DNA of 64,000 nt from IMG/VR virus record IMGVR_UViG_3300044652_000025, positions 1 through 64,000 of that record; one strand, given 5' to 3'. The stretch comes from a virus. Its lineage: Duplodnaviria > Caudoviricetes. The translations under genes and the position numbers were made by a program. Under the pieces are notes generated by a model that saw only the letters and a program-made list of their open reading frames with translations, had not been told where the DNA came from and made no database searches. Below are positions 1 to 15,147 of this stretch, one piece after another; positions within the stretch are counted from its first letter, which is position 1, and the number at the start of each line of letters is the position of its first letter.

Positions 1-145
1 TGAAGTTGACCGCCGCACCGGTCGTGTTGCAGACCACGATCTCCTTGACGATCGTCGAGGTGGCGGCCGGGACCGTGTAGCCACCGGAGGCATAGCTGGT
101 CCCGGGCTGCACCTGGAACAGTTGCTTCGGGGTGAAGGTCGCCAA
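1..145 (-). CDS. Small virion/tail-associated protein (partial, runs off window)
   Basis: TTG start directly after the stop of 146..2746; reads MATFTPKQLFQVQPGTSYASGGYTVPAATSTIVKEIVVCNTT, a YTVP..T.IV..I.VCN pattern seen in phage tail accessory proteins. Confidence 0.6.
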   Translation of the reverse strand, partial: MATFTPKQLFQVQPGTSYASGGYTVPAATSTIVKEIVVCNTTGAAVNF

Positions 146-2746
146 TTAGGTCATGCCCCCCATCCAGAAGATCGGCTCGAACGTCGCGCCACCACCGCCA
201 CCCGTCGCCGCCTGCCAGGTGCCCACACCGGAGGCGTTGGCGGTGAGGACGTAGCCCGCCGTCGTGGCCGTCCCCAGCTGGAAGCTGCCGGGGATCATGA
301 CGGTGTGAGTCGGCGTACCGAGCATGATCTGGTTGGTGGCCGTCGTGGTGGCCCCGGTCCCGCCTGAGTTCGTGCCGATAGCAGTGCTGCCGTCGTGGAC
401 GGAGGCTGCGCTGTAGCCGAGAGCCAACCCCTGGGCGCCCGTCACGGTCGCCGACTTGCCGACGGCGGTGCCACCACCGCCGGTGCTGACGTTGGCTGCG
501 ACTCCGATGGCGACCGAGTTGGCTGTGGCTGCGCTGGCGACGAACCCGATGGCCACGGTAGCCGCGGCTGTAGCTGCCGCTCCGGCCTGCGAGGCGTCCC
601 CCGACCCGATGGCCACACTGTTGGCGCCCGAGGCCCGAGCCCCATTGACCGCCGCGCCGTTGCTGGCGCCGATGGCAATGGCCCCCTGCGCTGACGCCTG
701 GGGGGAGTCGGTGGTACTGGTGCCGCCGCCGATGGCGATGCCCTGGGTGGCCGAGCCGCCGGTCCTTGCGAATCCGCCGACGGCGACACCGCCGTTCGAA
801 AGGACGGCTGCCTGGTCACCTATGGCGACTGCCCGGCTCCCGGCGCCCTGGGCGCCCCGGCCGACGGCGATGGCGTAGTTGTTCGAGGCGTTGGCGCCAG
901 TGACGGTGAGGTCGCCGGAGCCGATGGCGACGCCGTTCGGGATGGACGCCCGAGCCCCGGCCACTGTCCCGGCATCCGACGCTCCGATAGCGATCGCGCC
1001 TTGGGCGGTTGCTTGTGGAGCGGCGGTCGTGTTGGTGCCGCCACCGATCGCGATGGCCTCATTCCCCGTCGTCGCCTGGGCGTTTGCGCCGATGGCGATG
1101 GCCTGGACCACCGAAGCCGTCGCCGCGTCACCGATCGCCACCACGTCGTTCGAGGAGCCAGTGGCCGACACACCGATCGCCACGGCCGTCCCGCCGCTAG
1201 CGGCGGAGGCATTCCCAATAGCGACAGATGAAGTTCCCGAAGCGTTAGCGCCGTTGCTCGCCCCCGACCCCCCGATGGCTACCGCGCCCGCCGCCGAGGC
1301 CCGAGCACCGTTGGCCGCTGCTGCGGTCGCTCCGATGGCGATAGCCGCCGTGCCGGTGGCCTGTGGCGCTGTGGTCGTGCTGTTGCCCCCGCCAACGGCG
1401 ACCGCGGCCGTACCTGTCGTGGCCTGGGCGTTGGAGCCGATGGCGATGCCCTGGACCGAGCCGCAGGTCGCCACCGCCCCGAGAGCCAGACCGCTGGCCG
1501 ACCCCACGGAGGAAGACCGGCCGATAGCGATGGTATCGGTGGCCGTGGCGGACGCCCCGGCCTGACCCGCCGTGCCGGTCCCCGAACCGATGGCCACTGC
1601 GCCCACACCGGAGGCCCTCGCTCCGAGGAGCCCGGTGAGGTCCGACGCCCCGATGGCGATCGCTCCTTGGGCCGAAGCGAGCGGACCAGCCGTCGCGCTT
1701 ATGCCACCACCGATGGCGATCGCCTCGTTGCCCGTCGTCGCCTGGGCGAAGCGGCCGATGGCGACGGCCTGGACGATGCTGGCGGTGGCCGACTCCCCAA
1801 TGGCAATGGCGTTGTTGGCCGAAGCCGCCGCTCCGTTACCAGCCGCGGCGGCGCCCGAACCGATGGCGATGGATGCCGTGCCGCTGGCCCTCGGCCCGGT
1901 GGCGAGACTGGACTCGCCGATGCAGATGGCGTCGGCTCCGGTGGCCGAGGGAGCGGCGGTGGCCGAGGTCTGGCCGCCGATGACGATGGAGCGGTTGTTG
2001 CTGCCCGCCGCGAACTGTCCGATGACGACCTGAGTGGTGCTACCCGCCGAAGAGGCGTAACCGATGGCGATGCTGCCGGTACCGGCCGACGAGGCCCCGG
2101 CGTTGGTGGCGTCACCGGATCCGATGGCGATAGCGCTGACCGCTGTGGCGCGGGCACCGTTGACCGCGGTGGCGTCGGACGCCCCGATGGCGATGGCACC
2201 CTGACTGGTCGCCTGGGGAGCTTGAGTGGTGGTCGCGCCGCCGCCGATGGCTATGCATTCTGACGTTGTCGCCTGTGCCGACGACCCGAGAGCGACGTTG
2301 AAACCGCTCGCTCCGACGGAGGCCGTCGCCTGGTAGCCAACAGCCACGGTGCGGTCACCCGCTGACGCGCTGAGCGCCCCGATGGCGATCGACCGACTCC
2401 CGGAGGCCGACGCACCGGCCAGTGAGATCCCACCCGAGCCCTGTCCGCCGCCGATGGCAATCGCCTGGTTGTTCGTAGCCCTGGGACCGGCCGTCGTCAG
2501 GCCGTCCGTAGCACCGATGGCCAGGGCGCCGAGGGCTGAAGCCAGCGGGCTCCCGGTAGCGGACTGGGCGCTGCCGACAGCGATGGCTCCCGTCCCTCCA
2601 AGGGCTCTGGCCCAGGTGCCGATCGCGATCTCGTTGATCGTCGTGTCGTCGCCGCCGAGGGCGTTCTCGCCGATGGCCAGCGCTCCGGTGGAGTCGTGGA
2701 GCGGGAAGCTGAGCTTCCTGACGCCGGACAGCAGGCCATTGTTCAT
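146..2746 (-). CDS. Tail fibre/adhesin with YadA/Hep-Hag-like head repeats (866 aa)
   Basis: Dozens of ~14-aa A(I/V)A(I/V)G..A.A repeats; C-terminal GYVLTANASGVGTWQ fibre motif; tail gene context. Confidence 0.75.
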   Translation of the reverse strand: MNNGLLSGVRKLSFPLHDSTGALAIGENALGGDDTTINEIAIGTWARALGGTGAIAVGSAQSATGSPLASALGALAIGATDGLTTAGPRATNNQAIAIGGGQGSGGISLAGASASGSRSIAIGALSASAGDRTVAVGYQATASVGASGFNVALGSSAQATTSECIAIGGGATTTQAPQATSQGAIAIGASDATAVNGARATAVSAIAIGSGDATNAGASSAGTGSIAIGYASSAGSTTQVVIGQFAAGSNNRSIVIGGQTSATAAPSATGADAICIGESSLATGPRASGTASIAIGSGAAAAGNGAAASANNAIAIGESATASIVQAVAIGRFAQATTGNEAIAIGGGISATAGPLASAQGAIAIGASDLTGLLGARASGVGAVAIGSGTGTAGQAGASATATDTIAIGRSSSVGSASGLALGAVATCGSVQGIAIGSNAQATTGTAAVAVGGGNSTTTAPQATGTAAIAIGATAAAANGARASAAGAVAIGGSGASNGANASGTSSVAIGNASAASGGTAVAIGVSATGSSNDVVAIGDAATASVVQAIAIGANAQATTGNEAIAIGGGTNTTAAPQATAQGAIAIGASDAGTVAGARASIPNGVAIGSGDLTVTGANASNNYAIAVGRGAQGAGSRAVAIGDQAAVLSNGGVAVGGFARTGGSATQGIAIGGGTSTTDSPQASAQGAIAIGASNGAAVNGARASGANSVAIGSGDASQAGAAATAAATVAIGFVASAATANSVAIGVAANVSTGGGGTAVGKSATVTGAQGLALGYSAASVHDGSTAIGTNSGGTGATTTATNQIMLGTPTHTVMIPGSFQLGTATTAGYVLTANASGVGTWQAATGGGGGATFEPIFWMGGMT

Positions 2747-2747
2747 C

Positions 2748-3152
2748 TCAGAAGTCCGCCCCGAGCGCCGTGACCTTCAGGATGCTGGCGTTACCGGCGA
2801 TGGAGTTACTGACCCGCAGCGACCAGCCATTGGGCAGAACGAGGTTGGTGTAGCGGTTCGAGGCCCGGAAGGGGACGGCGGTGGCCGAGGCGGTGATGGC
2901 CGTGACCAGGATGGTGTCGAAGAGGTGGTACGTCGTCCCGTCGTAGAGGAACAGGTAGAGCGCTCCGGCGACCGTGGTGGCAACCAGAGTGGTGGCACTG
3001 GCCTGGGCCACGACCTCTTCGATCTTCGAGCCGCTCGCCCCGGCGGTGAAGACGACCACGGCGGCGGCAGGGACCTGGAGGTTGGTCTCTGTCCCTGATA
3101 TAAGTGCCGAGGCTGCTCTTGGCGTTGCGGCGAATGCCGGTGCGGCTGCCAA
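2748..3152 (-). CDS. Small tail-associated protein (134 aa)
   Basis: Tightly packed between two fibre genes; beta-rich composition. Confidence 0.6.
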   Translation of the reverse strand: MAAAPAFAATPRAASALISGTETNLQVPAAAVVVFTAGASGSKIEEVVAQASATTLVATTVAGALYLFLYDGTTYHLFDTILVTAITASATAVPFRASNRYTNLVLPNGWSLRVSNSIAGNASILKVTALGADF

Positions 3153-3161
3153 AGCTCCCCC

Positions 3162-4973
3162 TTACCTGAAGGCCATCCGGTGGAAGGTGAGATCCATCAC
3201 CGCGGCCGCAGCCCCTCCAGCCACCTGCCAGCTGGCGTTGCCGGAACCGTCGGAGGTGAGCACCCGGTTGGCCGCCGCTCCGGTCGGGATGACAAGGGTG
3301 CCGGGGATGTTGACGCTGTGGGCCGACGTTCCCATCATGATCTGGTTAGTCGCCGTCGTGGCCGAGCCCTTCCCGAGGGCGATGGCGTTGGCGTGTCCGG
3401 CGTTCGCCCCGGCGGTCGCGGCGTCGCCAGACCCGATGGCGATGCTGTTGGCACCGGAAGCCCTCGCCCCGTTGACCCCGTTAGCAGCGCCAATGGCAAT
3501 AGCGCCCTGCGCCGAGGCGAGAGGTCCGGATGTGGTGTTCTGGCCGCCACCGATCGCGATCGCCTGACCCGACGTTGTCGCCTGGGCAAAGCGTCCGACG
3601 GCGACGTTCTCGGTTGCGCTGGCAGTCGCCGAACGACCGATGGCAACACAACCGGAGCCGCTGGCAGACGACGAGTACCCGAGAGCGATGCACACGGCGT
3701 TCGTCGTGGCAGCGCCATTCCCCATGGCGATGCTGTAACCGGAAGCGTCACAACTGGCCCCCGCCGTCGAAGCGTCTCCCGATCCGATGGCAATGCTGTT
3801 GGTGCCGGAAGCCCGTGCGCCGTTGACACCCGACGCATTCGACCCGCCGACGGCGATGGCGCCCTGAGCGGTGGCATTGGCCGCCGTGGTGTTCCCGGCG
3901 TTGACGCCCGTACCGATGGCGATGGCCTCGGCGGCGCTGGCGATGGCGCCCCCGCCGATGGCCGTGCTCCCTACCGCCGTGCTCCCCGAATCGGTTGCGC
4001 TCACGCCGATGCGGATGGCATACGAGCTTCCACTCGCCATCCCGACCGCCTGACCGACGGCGATTCCATTCGTCGCCGGGGCCGATGCCTGCGTGCCGAT
4101 GGCGACAGCGTAGGAACCGGACGCGCTGGCTCCGGTGAAGGTGGTATCCCCGGATCCGATGGCAACAGAACAAGCCCCTGAGGATCTCGCCCCGTTGATC
4201 GCCGCGCCGTCACTCGCCCCGATGGCGATGGCGCCCTGGGCGTTGGCCAACGGCGCCGACGTGGCGCTGATGCCGCCCCCGATAGCCACCGCGCCCGCTC
4301 CGGTCGTGGCCTGGGAGTAGGAGCCGACGGCGATGCCCTGAGCGATGCTCGCCGTGGAGCCGCCGCCGAAGGCGATCGAACTGCTGGCGCTGCTCGTACA
4401 ACTCGGCCCGATGGCGATGTTGGCCGACAGCCCCGAGGTCGCCGCGCTGTTGCCGATGGCGATCCCCTGGGTATTGGCCGCTGACGCAGAAGACCCGAGC
4501 GCCACCGAGTAGTCGCCGGTGGCCGACGCCCCGATGGCGAAGTCACCGCTGCCGATGGCCACGGCGCTGTTGCCGCTGGCTCGGGCGCCGTTGATGGTCC
4601 CGCTGTTGCTGGTCCCGATGGCCAGGGACCCCTGGCCGGTCGATTGGGGCGCCGCCTGGGCGGTGGTCCCCGAGCCGATGGCGATGGCCCAGCCGGTGGT
4701 GCTGGCCACGGCGTTGAGGCCGATGGCGATGGAGTCGGCCGACGAGGCGGTGTTGGTGTCGCCGGAGTGCTTGACGGAGATGGCGTTGGCGCCCGCTCCG
4801 TCGACCGATGCGCCCCCGCCGCCACCGGCCCCCAGCGCCGTGTCGACCCCGCCCGACGTCAGGGCGTGGAGGGCGTGGTCCGTCCCGGCGTAGACCGCGA
4901 GCAGCCCCGCCGCCGGAGTAGCCGGAGCGGCCTGCTCCAGGAGCAGCAGCGAGTCATTGCGGCGCAGCGGCAC
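3162..4973 (-). CDS. Second YadA-head-repeat tail fibre/adhesin (603 aa), paralog of 146..2746
   Basis: Same AIAIG repeats, shared TATNQIM.GT..H.V.IPG and VLT....G...WQ C-terminal blocks. Confidence 0.75.
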   Translation of the reverse strand: MPLRRNDSLLLLEQAAPATPAAGLLAVYAGTDHALHALTSGGVDTALGAGGGGGASVDGAGANAISVKHSGDTNTASSADSIAIGLNAVASTTGWAIAIGSGTTAQAAPQSTGQGSLAIGTSNSGTINGARASGNSAVAIGSGDFAIGASATGDYSVALGSSASAANTQGIAIGNSAATSGLSANIAIGPSCTSSASSSIAFGGGSTASIAQGIAVGSYSQATTGAGAVAIGGGISATSAPLANAQGAIAIGASDGAAINGARSSGACSVAIGSGDTTFTGASASGSYAVAIGTQASAPATNGIAVGQAVGMASGSSYAIRIGVSATDSGSTAVGSTAIGGGAIASAAEAIAIGTGVNAGNTTAANATAQGAIAVGGSNASGVNGARASGTNSIAIGSGDASTAGASCDASGYSIAMGNGAATTNAVCIALGYSSSASGSGCVAIGRSATASATENVAVGRFAQATTSGQAIAIGGGQNTTSGPLASAQGAIAIGAANGVNGARASGANSIAIGSGDAATAGANAGHANAIALGKGSATTATNQIMMGTSAHSVNIPGTLVIPTGAAANRVLTSDGSGNASWQVAGGAAAAVMDLTFHRMAFR

Positions 4974-4982
4974 GTCGTCTGA

Positions 4983-5180
4983 TTACTGGTCGGCCACCAT
5001 CGGCTCGGCGACCTTGGCCGCCCGAGAGGCCCGAGGCGAGTGGCCATTACCCTGAGCCATATCCGCCATCTGGGCCATCTGCTCCATGGCCGCCGCCTGG
5101 TCCTTGGCGTTCGCCTCCTGGATGACCGAGTACAGATCGGCGATGAAGGCCAACATCGCCAGAGCCTGCTTCCTGTCCAT
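4983..5180 (-). CDS. Hypothetical protein (65 aa), possible fibre chaperone
   Basis: Fills the gap between fibre genes; AG-rich SD-like sequence upstream. Confidence 0.55.
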   Translation of the reverse strand: MDRKQALAMLAFIADLYSVIQEANAKDQAAAMEQMAQMADMAQGNGHSPRASRAAKVAEPMVADQ

Positions 5181-5206
5181 GTAAGGACTCTCTTTCTAAT
5201 AGACCC

Positions 5207-7846
5207 TTAGCCAAGTACCACGGCGCGGTACGTCGACGCCGGGATGGTGGTGGACGAGCGGATGAGGACGGTGTTGGTCGTCGGCCGCTCGATCGAGAAC
5301 TCCTCGTCGGCGAAGACGCCCGCCGTCTGGTTGTAGACCCGGACGATGACGTCATTGGAGCCGAGGTTGTGGGTGATGGTTTCCGTGGTGGCACCTCCGA
5401 CGAGGGCCACGGCGTAGATCCAGGCCACCTTCTGGCCGTTGGTGGCCCGGTCGACGGTGATGCCCCCGGCGCCGACGGCCAGGCCTGGGTTGGTGCCGAG
5501 CTTGATCGACAGGGCCGAGCCGCCGCCGCCCTGGAGGCCGTTGCCCGCCGCGCCGGTGGAGATCCGCACGGCGTTGGAGGCGATTTCGATGCCGGTCCCG
5601 ACGTTGATGGCCGCCGCCGTCCCGCCACCGCCGGTGATCCCGCCCGTAGCTGAAAAGGCTCCCGTCGCCAGCTGCGTGGCGCCGATGCCGCCGTTGGTGA
5701 CCGAGAACTGGGTCCCGGTCAGGGTGATGGTGGTCCCGTCGGCCGTGTAGACGGTGTTGGTGTCCGAGGTCTTGACCCAGGTCACGGCGTCGGTGCCGAC
5801 GGTGGCCACCGTCGCGGTCTCGGTGTAGATGTCGCCGATCTGGGTGGTGCCGTTCTCGACGAGGACGGTGCCGTTCTTGAACTCGGCGGCGGCGTCCATG
5901 TCGGTGGCCCGGACCCAGGTGCCGTTGGCGCCGGTACCGACCGTCGACACCGTATAAATGCCGTTTTGGCTCGTCGTGGTCTGGTTCTTGACCAGGATCC
6001 GGTCCCCGGCGACGACGGTGTAACCGTCGACGACGTTGGGAGCGCCACCGGCCAGCGTGGCGATGTTGGCCGTGGTGGCCGCGGCGACGGGTTGCTTCCA
6101 GGTCTGGCCCTGGAGGATCGAGTTCAGCTGGCCGAAGGTGGCGGCGTCGGTGGCGGCCGTGCCGTCGACGAGGTTGGTGATCTTGTGGGTGTTCATTGAC
6201 AGGTCGGCCGTCGGCGCCGCCATCTGGTTGAGTGTCGACGTCCGGACCTGGGTGTCGAAACCGGAGATGTCGCCGGGGACGATGGCCAGGAGGGTCTTGG
6301 CCTGGGCGACGGTGATGTCGGCGGCGTTGGCCGTCGCGCCGGTGTTGTTGGCCTTGAACGTGTTGGCCGCCATCTGGGCCAACTTGGCGTTCGACACGGC
6401 GTTGTTGGCGATGGTCGTCGCGTTACCGTTCGAGGTAGTGGTGACATCGCCGGTCAGGTCGGCCCGTACCAGGGTCGTGCCCGAGAAAGCCAGGCTGGCA
6501 CCGAGGGTGATGTCGGAGGGAGCCGCTGGGCTGCCCGTCGGGTTGGCCTTGAGCGTCGTCGCGGCCATGTTGGCCATCTTGGCGTTGGTGATCGCCGAGT
6601 TGGCGACCGTCGGGTTCGGCAGCGTGCCGGTTAGGTCGCCGCCGACCGTAGCGTTACCGGGGGTGTAGTTGCTGGCCCCGGTACCGGCCGTCGGGATCTG
6701 CCCGAACGCCGCCGCGTCGGTGGCGACTGTGCCGTTGGCGAGGTTGGTGATCTTCTGACTGGAAGCTGTGATGGCCCCCGTTGAGGCATTGGCAGCAGCG
6801 ATCGTGGCCAGGGTCGAGTTGCCGACGAGCGCCGTCGTCGAGGTCGTCCCATAGTTGACGGCCAACGACCGGCCGGTGAGGGTGAGGCCGGTCCCCGCCA
6901 CCGGTGAGGTCTGGGCGAAACTCAGCGCGTTGGTGCCGACGACGCGGGCGGCGGTATCGGTCTGAATCCACTCCGTCCCGGCGTAGGTCGTCCCGGCGAA
7001 GACCGGTACCACGACACCCAGTACCGACAGGCCCGAAGCCATATCGGCCGCCCGGGTCCAGGCTCCCGTCGCCGCCACCCAGATACCGTTTTCCGTCGTG
7101 GTCGTCTGCCCGGTGAGCAGGACCCGGTCCCCGGCGACGAGGGTCACACCGTCGATGGTGAGGAGCGTGCCGGTGCCGACGGCCACATTGGCGGTGGAGA
7201 CCACCCGGACGGCCTGCTTCTGGGCCTGGTCGACGGCGACGGCCGTCTGGAAGTTGGCCGTGCCGCCGGTGGCGGCGCTGGCGATGGCCAGGGCGGTGCC
7301 TCCTGCCGCCTTGGTGACGTCGCCGGTGAAGGCCGCCGTCTGGAGGGTGGTGCCGGAGAACGCCAGGTCAGAGGCGAGCGTGATGTCGGTGGGAGCCGCC
7401 GCCGAGCCGGTCGGGTTGGCCTTGAGGGTGTTGGCCGCCATGTTGGCGAGCTTGGCGTTGGTGACCGCGCTGTTGATGATCGTCGCCGAGGTGGCGCCCG
7501 CCGCCTTGGTGATGTCACCGCCGGAGTACGCCGCCACCCGCAACGCCCCGCCGGAGAACTCCACGTCGGCGTTGAGGGTGATCTCCTCACCGGTCCCCGC
7601 ACCGGCGGTGGCCCGGCCGAGGAGGCGGGGACTGGCCGAGAAGTTGACCGACCCGGGGGTGACCGTCCCGGAGGAGATCGTCGTCCAGGCCCCACCGGCC
7701 CGCAGCCGCAGGGCACCGAGGGCGGTGGAGTAGTAGAGCCGCCCGTCAGCGACGTAGGTGGCAGGGTCGGCACTCAGGTTCTGCTGAATGACGTTCTGAA
7801 GCTCATTCCCCGCCAGGTCGATTGCGTCGTTGAACTTCTTCGGCAC
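5207..7846 (-). CDS. Tail fibre / minor tail protein (879 aa)
   Basis: Two KQ.V...(S/T)TAN(V/I)...DG.T.VAGDR(V/I)L...QT...NGI(W/Y) motifs, three NAK(L/M)A.MAA.T.KAN.TG repeats, KITNL..GT..TDAA.FGQ neck motifs, C-terminal ITHNLG. Confidence 0.8.
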   Translation of the reverse strand: MPKKFNDAIDLAGNELQNVIQQNLSADPATYVADGRLYYSTALGALRLRAGGAWTTISSGTVTPGSVNFSASPRLLGRATAGAGTGEEITLNADVEFSGGALRVAAYSGGDITKAAGATSATIINSAVTNAKLANMAANTLKANPTGSAAAPTDITLASDLAFSGTTLQTAAFTGDVTKAAGGTALAIASAATGGTANFQTAVAVDQAQKQAVRVVSTANVAVGTGTLLTIDGVTLVAGDRVLLTGQTTTTENGIWVAATGAWTRAADMASGLSVLGVVVPVFAGTTYAGTEWIQTDTAARVVGTNALSFAQTSPVAGTGLTLTGRSLAVNYGTTSTTALVGNSTLATIAAANASTGAITASSQKITNLANGTVATDAAAFGQIPTAGTGASNYTPGNATVGGDLTGTLPNPTVANSAITNAKMANMAATTLKANPTGSPAAPSDITLGASLAFSGTTLVRADLTGDVTTTSNGNATTIANNAVSNAKLAQMAANTFKANNTGATANAADITVAQAKTLLAIVPGDISGFDTQVRTSTLNQMAAPTADLSMNTHKITNLVDGTAATDAATFGQLNSILQGQTWKQPVAAATTANIATLAGGAPNVVDGYTVVAGDRILVKNQTTTSQNGIYTVSTVGTGANGTWVRATDMDAAAEFKNGTVLVENGTTQIGDIYTETATVATVGTDAVTWVKTSDTNTVYTADGTTITLTGTQFSVTNGGIGATQLATGAFSATGGITGGGGTAAAINVGTGIEIASNAVRISTGAAGNGLQGGGGSALSIKLGTNPGLAVGAGGITVDRATNGQKVAWIYAVALVGGATTETITHNLGSNDVIVRVYNQTAGVFADEEFSIERPTTNTVLIRSSTTIPASTYRAVVLG

Positions 7847-7860
7847 TTATCCCCCCTGAC

Positions 7861-8322
7861 TCAGCTGAGGTACGCCTCACCGGAGAAGGCCGCAGGATTG
7901 CCACCGGCAAAGAACGAGATCGAAATGGTGTTCATGTCGATGTAGGTGATGCGGCCTTCGTGCAGATCTCCGGCCGAGTCCTTGACCGTGACTCCACCGG
8001 GGAAGTACCCCAGGTTGTGGGTGATCGTCCAGACCGCGGCCGGGACCCCCTGGACGTGCCGGTAGAAGCTCGGGGCGGGGGCCGGGGCCTCACCCGCCAG
8101 CGGACCCCAGTCGACCCCCGACCACTTCCACGTCTTGCCGGTACTGGCCTCGTAGACGTGCTGGCCGACCCAGGGGTCGGTCACCTCAGAGAGGGTCCAC
8201 ACCACCCGAATGCCGGGGTGGGCGTCGATAGTGTCCATGGCGTCGCGGTACGGCTGGCCCCAGTTGCCGGAGCCGTCGTCGGGCTTGCCGAGACCGAGTC
8301 GATCGGTGGGTTCTGCCATCAC
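7861..8322 (-). CDS. Minor tail protein (153 aa)
   Basis: PTDRLGLGKP N-terminus and HVQ..PAAVWTITHNLG..P.VTV.DS motif typical of phage tail proteins. Confidence 0.65.
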   Translation of the reverse strand: MMAEPTDRLGLGKPDDGSGNWGQPYRDAMDTIDAHPGIRVVWTLSEVTDPWVGQHVYEASTGKTWKWSGVDWGPLAGEAPAPAPSFYRHVQGVPAAVWTITHNLGYFPGGVTVKDSAGDLHEGRITYIDMNTISISFFAGGNPAAFSGEAYLS

Positions 8323-8325
8323 TCC

Positions 8326-8703
8326 TTAGGGGGCGGCGGGTACCGCCCCGACAGGAGCGACAGACCACCGCCCGTCGAGCCCCTTGCCGTAGATCGTGAC
8401 CTGGTTGGCGCCGTGGAGGAGCATGTCGGAGTCGATCCGGACCGAGCCCTCGATGGTCGTCCCGGCCGCGATCCCACCGAAGGGGGCTGAGCCGAAAGCC
8501 ATCTGTCCGAAGCCGAGACCGGTGAGACCGCTGAGTGGCACCGCCTCGTTCCCGTCGAGGTGGGAGGTGGAGTTGATCCGTACCGCCCACTCCGTGACCG
8601 GCTGGTCGAAGGAGAACCGGACGATCACCTGATCGGTCCCAGGCCGATAGGAGAGCTTGGTGGCGGTGATCGACAGGACCGTGGCGACCGGCGGCTGACT
8701 CAT
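8326..8703 (-). CDS. Hypothetical structural protein (125 aa)
   Basis: Operon packing; GFGQMAFGSAPFGG motif. Confidence 0.55.
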   Translation of the reverse strand: MSQPPVATVLSITATKLSYRPGTDQVIVRFSFDQPVTEWAVRINSTSHLDGNEAVPLSGLTGLGFGQMAFGSAPFGGIAAGTTIEGSVRIDSDMLLHGANQVTIYGKGLDGRWSVAPVGAVPAAP

Positions 8704-8712
8704 CGAAAATGT

Positions 8713-9741
8713 CTAGTACTTGATCACCCAGTTGACACCCTTGTAAGGCGGGAGGTTCCGGTCGACCACGGTGTTGGAGGTGTTCGGGCCGGTCACGGTG
8801 TCGACCGTGTGATGGTGCCCGCCCTCATTGACGGCGAAGCTATGGCCATGGCCGCCGGTATTGCTGTCGATGCTGATGTTGGCGGAGGAATTGTCGATGC
8901 TGGTGTAGGTGACCGGCATCGAGGCGCCCGCCGTGTCCCGGGCGACCAGCCAGTCGTTGGCGTTGAGGAAGGTGCCACCCCCGGCGCCATCGGCCCGGAA
9001 GGCGATGTTGGGGTGTTCGCCGAGCCCACCGATGGTGTGATGGTGCTTGAGATCGATGACCCCATGGCCGTGGTTACCACCGCCGAGGGTGTGACCGTGG
9101 TAGCCGACCGCCGTCGTGTTGTTGTTGTCGGTCGTGTGGTTGTGCTGGAGGAGGAAGCCGTCCTTGTAGCCACCGGAGGCGCCGAGGGCCACGCCCGTCC
9201 CGCTGACGCCGGGCGAGTCACCTGCTCCCATGGGGAACGCCTGGCGCATGTCGGGGACGTTGAAGGTCGAGCCGTCAGGCAGGCCCCACGGCGAACTCGT
9301 CCCGCCGAGCGCGTTGAAGAGGTCTGGGTAGGAGGCCCTGGCGTAGGACGCTCCGTCACACCACAGGCATCCGGCCGGGAGGTTCGGACCGGGCCAGACC
9401 CACATCTCGCCGGAGATCTTGTGGTCTGTGGCCTGGTTGTTGACGTGCTGGTTGGCCTCGCGGAACTCGATGGCGCCCACGCAGTGCTCGATGGCCGTGC
9501 CGGGGGCGTGGGTGGTCCGGATCGTCCCGTCGTAGGCCCGGGTGACCGTGAAAGTCGTCGGGGACATGGCCGTGCAGAGACATAGCTCTTCGTTGGCCGT
9601 GCCGCGTTCGAGACCGAGTAGGAACGGCGGTGTCGGATACCCGGTCGTCGAAGTGACGGTGATGACGCTGGCCGCGGCGTCGATCCCGCCCGGCCCGGCC
9701 GCCAGCGGCGGAGCGGTGTTGACGTAGTTGCGGATCGCCAC
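8713..9741 (-). CDS. Phage tail collar domain protein (342 aa)
   Basis: GEMWVWPGPNLPAGCLWCDGASYARASYPDLFNALG...TFNVPDMRQAFPMG collar motif, His-x-His repeats, C-terminal NLPPYKGVNWVIKY. Confidence 0.9.
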   Translation of the reverse strand: MAIRNYVNTAPPLAAGPGGIDAAASVITVTSTTGYPTPPFLLGLERGTANEELCLCTAMSPTTFTVTRAYDGTIRTTHAPGTAIEHCVGAIEFREANQHVNNQATDHKISGEMWVWPGPNLPAGCLWCDGASYARASYPDLFNALGGTSSPWGLPDGSTFNVPDMRQAFPMGAGDSPGVSGTGVALGASGGYKDGFLLQHNHTTDNNNTTAVGYHGHTLGGGNHGHGVIDLKHHHTIGGLGEHPNIAFRADGAGGGTFLNANDWLVARDTAGASMPVTYTSIDNSSANISIDSNTGGHGHSFAVNEGGHHHTVDTVTGPNTSNTVVDRNLPPYKGVNWVIKY

Positions 9742-15035
<5,294 letters not shown>

Positions 15036-15038
<3 letters not shown>

Positions 15039-15071
15039 CCCTTCTGGCGGGAATCCGGTGGGGGTGACAGG
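15036..15071 (-). promoter_or_regulatory. Putative late promoter CCTGT-N22-GAAGGGGTG
   Basis: Bipartite motif shared with 27242, 55512 and 57480, all upstream of late or structural genes. Confidence 0.55.
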
Positions 15072-15082
15072 AAGATCCGTGC

Positions 15083-15111
15083 TTGACGTGCTCGCTTTGC
15101 TCGCTTACGCT
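15083..15111 (+). promoter_or_regulatory. SigA-type promoter TTGACG-17-TACGCT with tandem TGCTCGCTT repeats
   Basis: Read directly from sequence; upstream of a plus-strand gene with AAAGGAG SD. Confidence 0.6.
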
Positions 15112-15147
15112 TTGCGGACTCTCTAGGTAGTGAAAGGAGTACGTATC

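Noticed and set aside
146-4973. Bacterial trimeric autotransporter or ice-nucleation genes
   Set aside because: No signal peptide or C-terminal beta-barrel anchor; embedded in a phage tail operon
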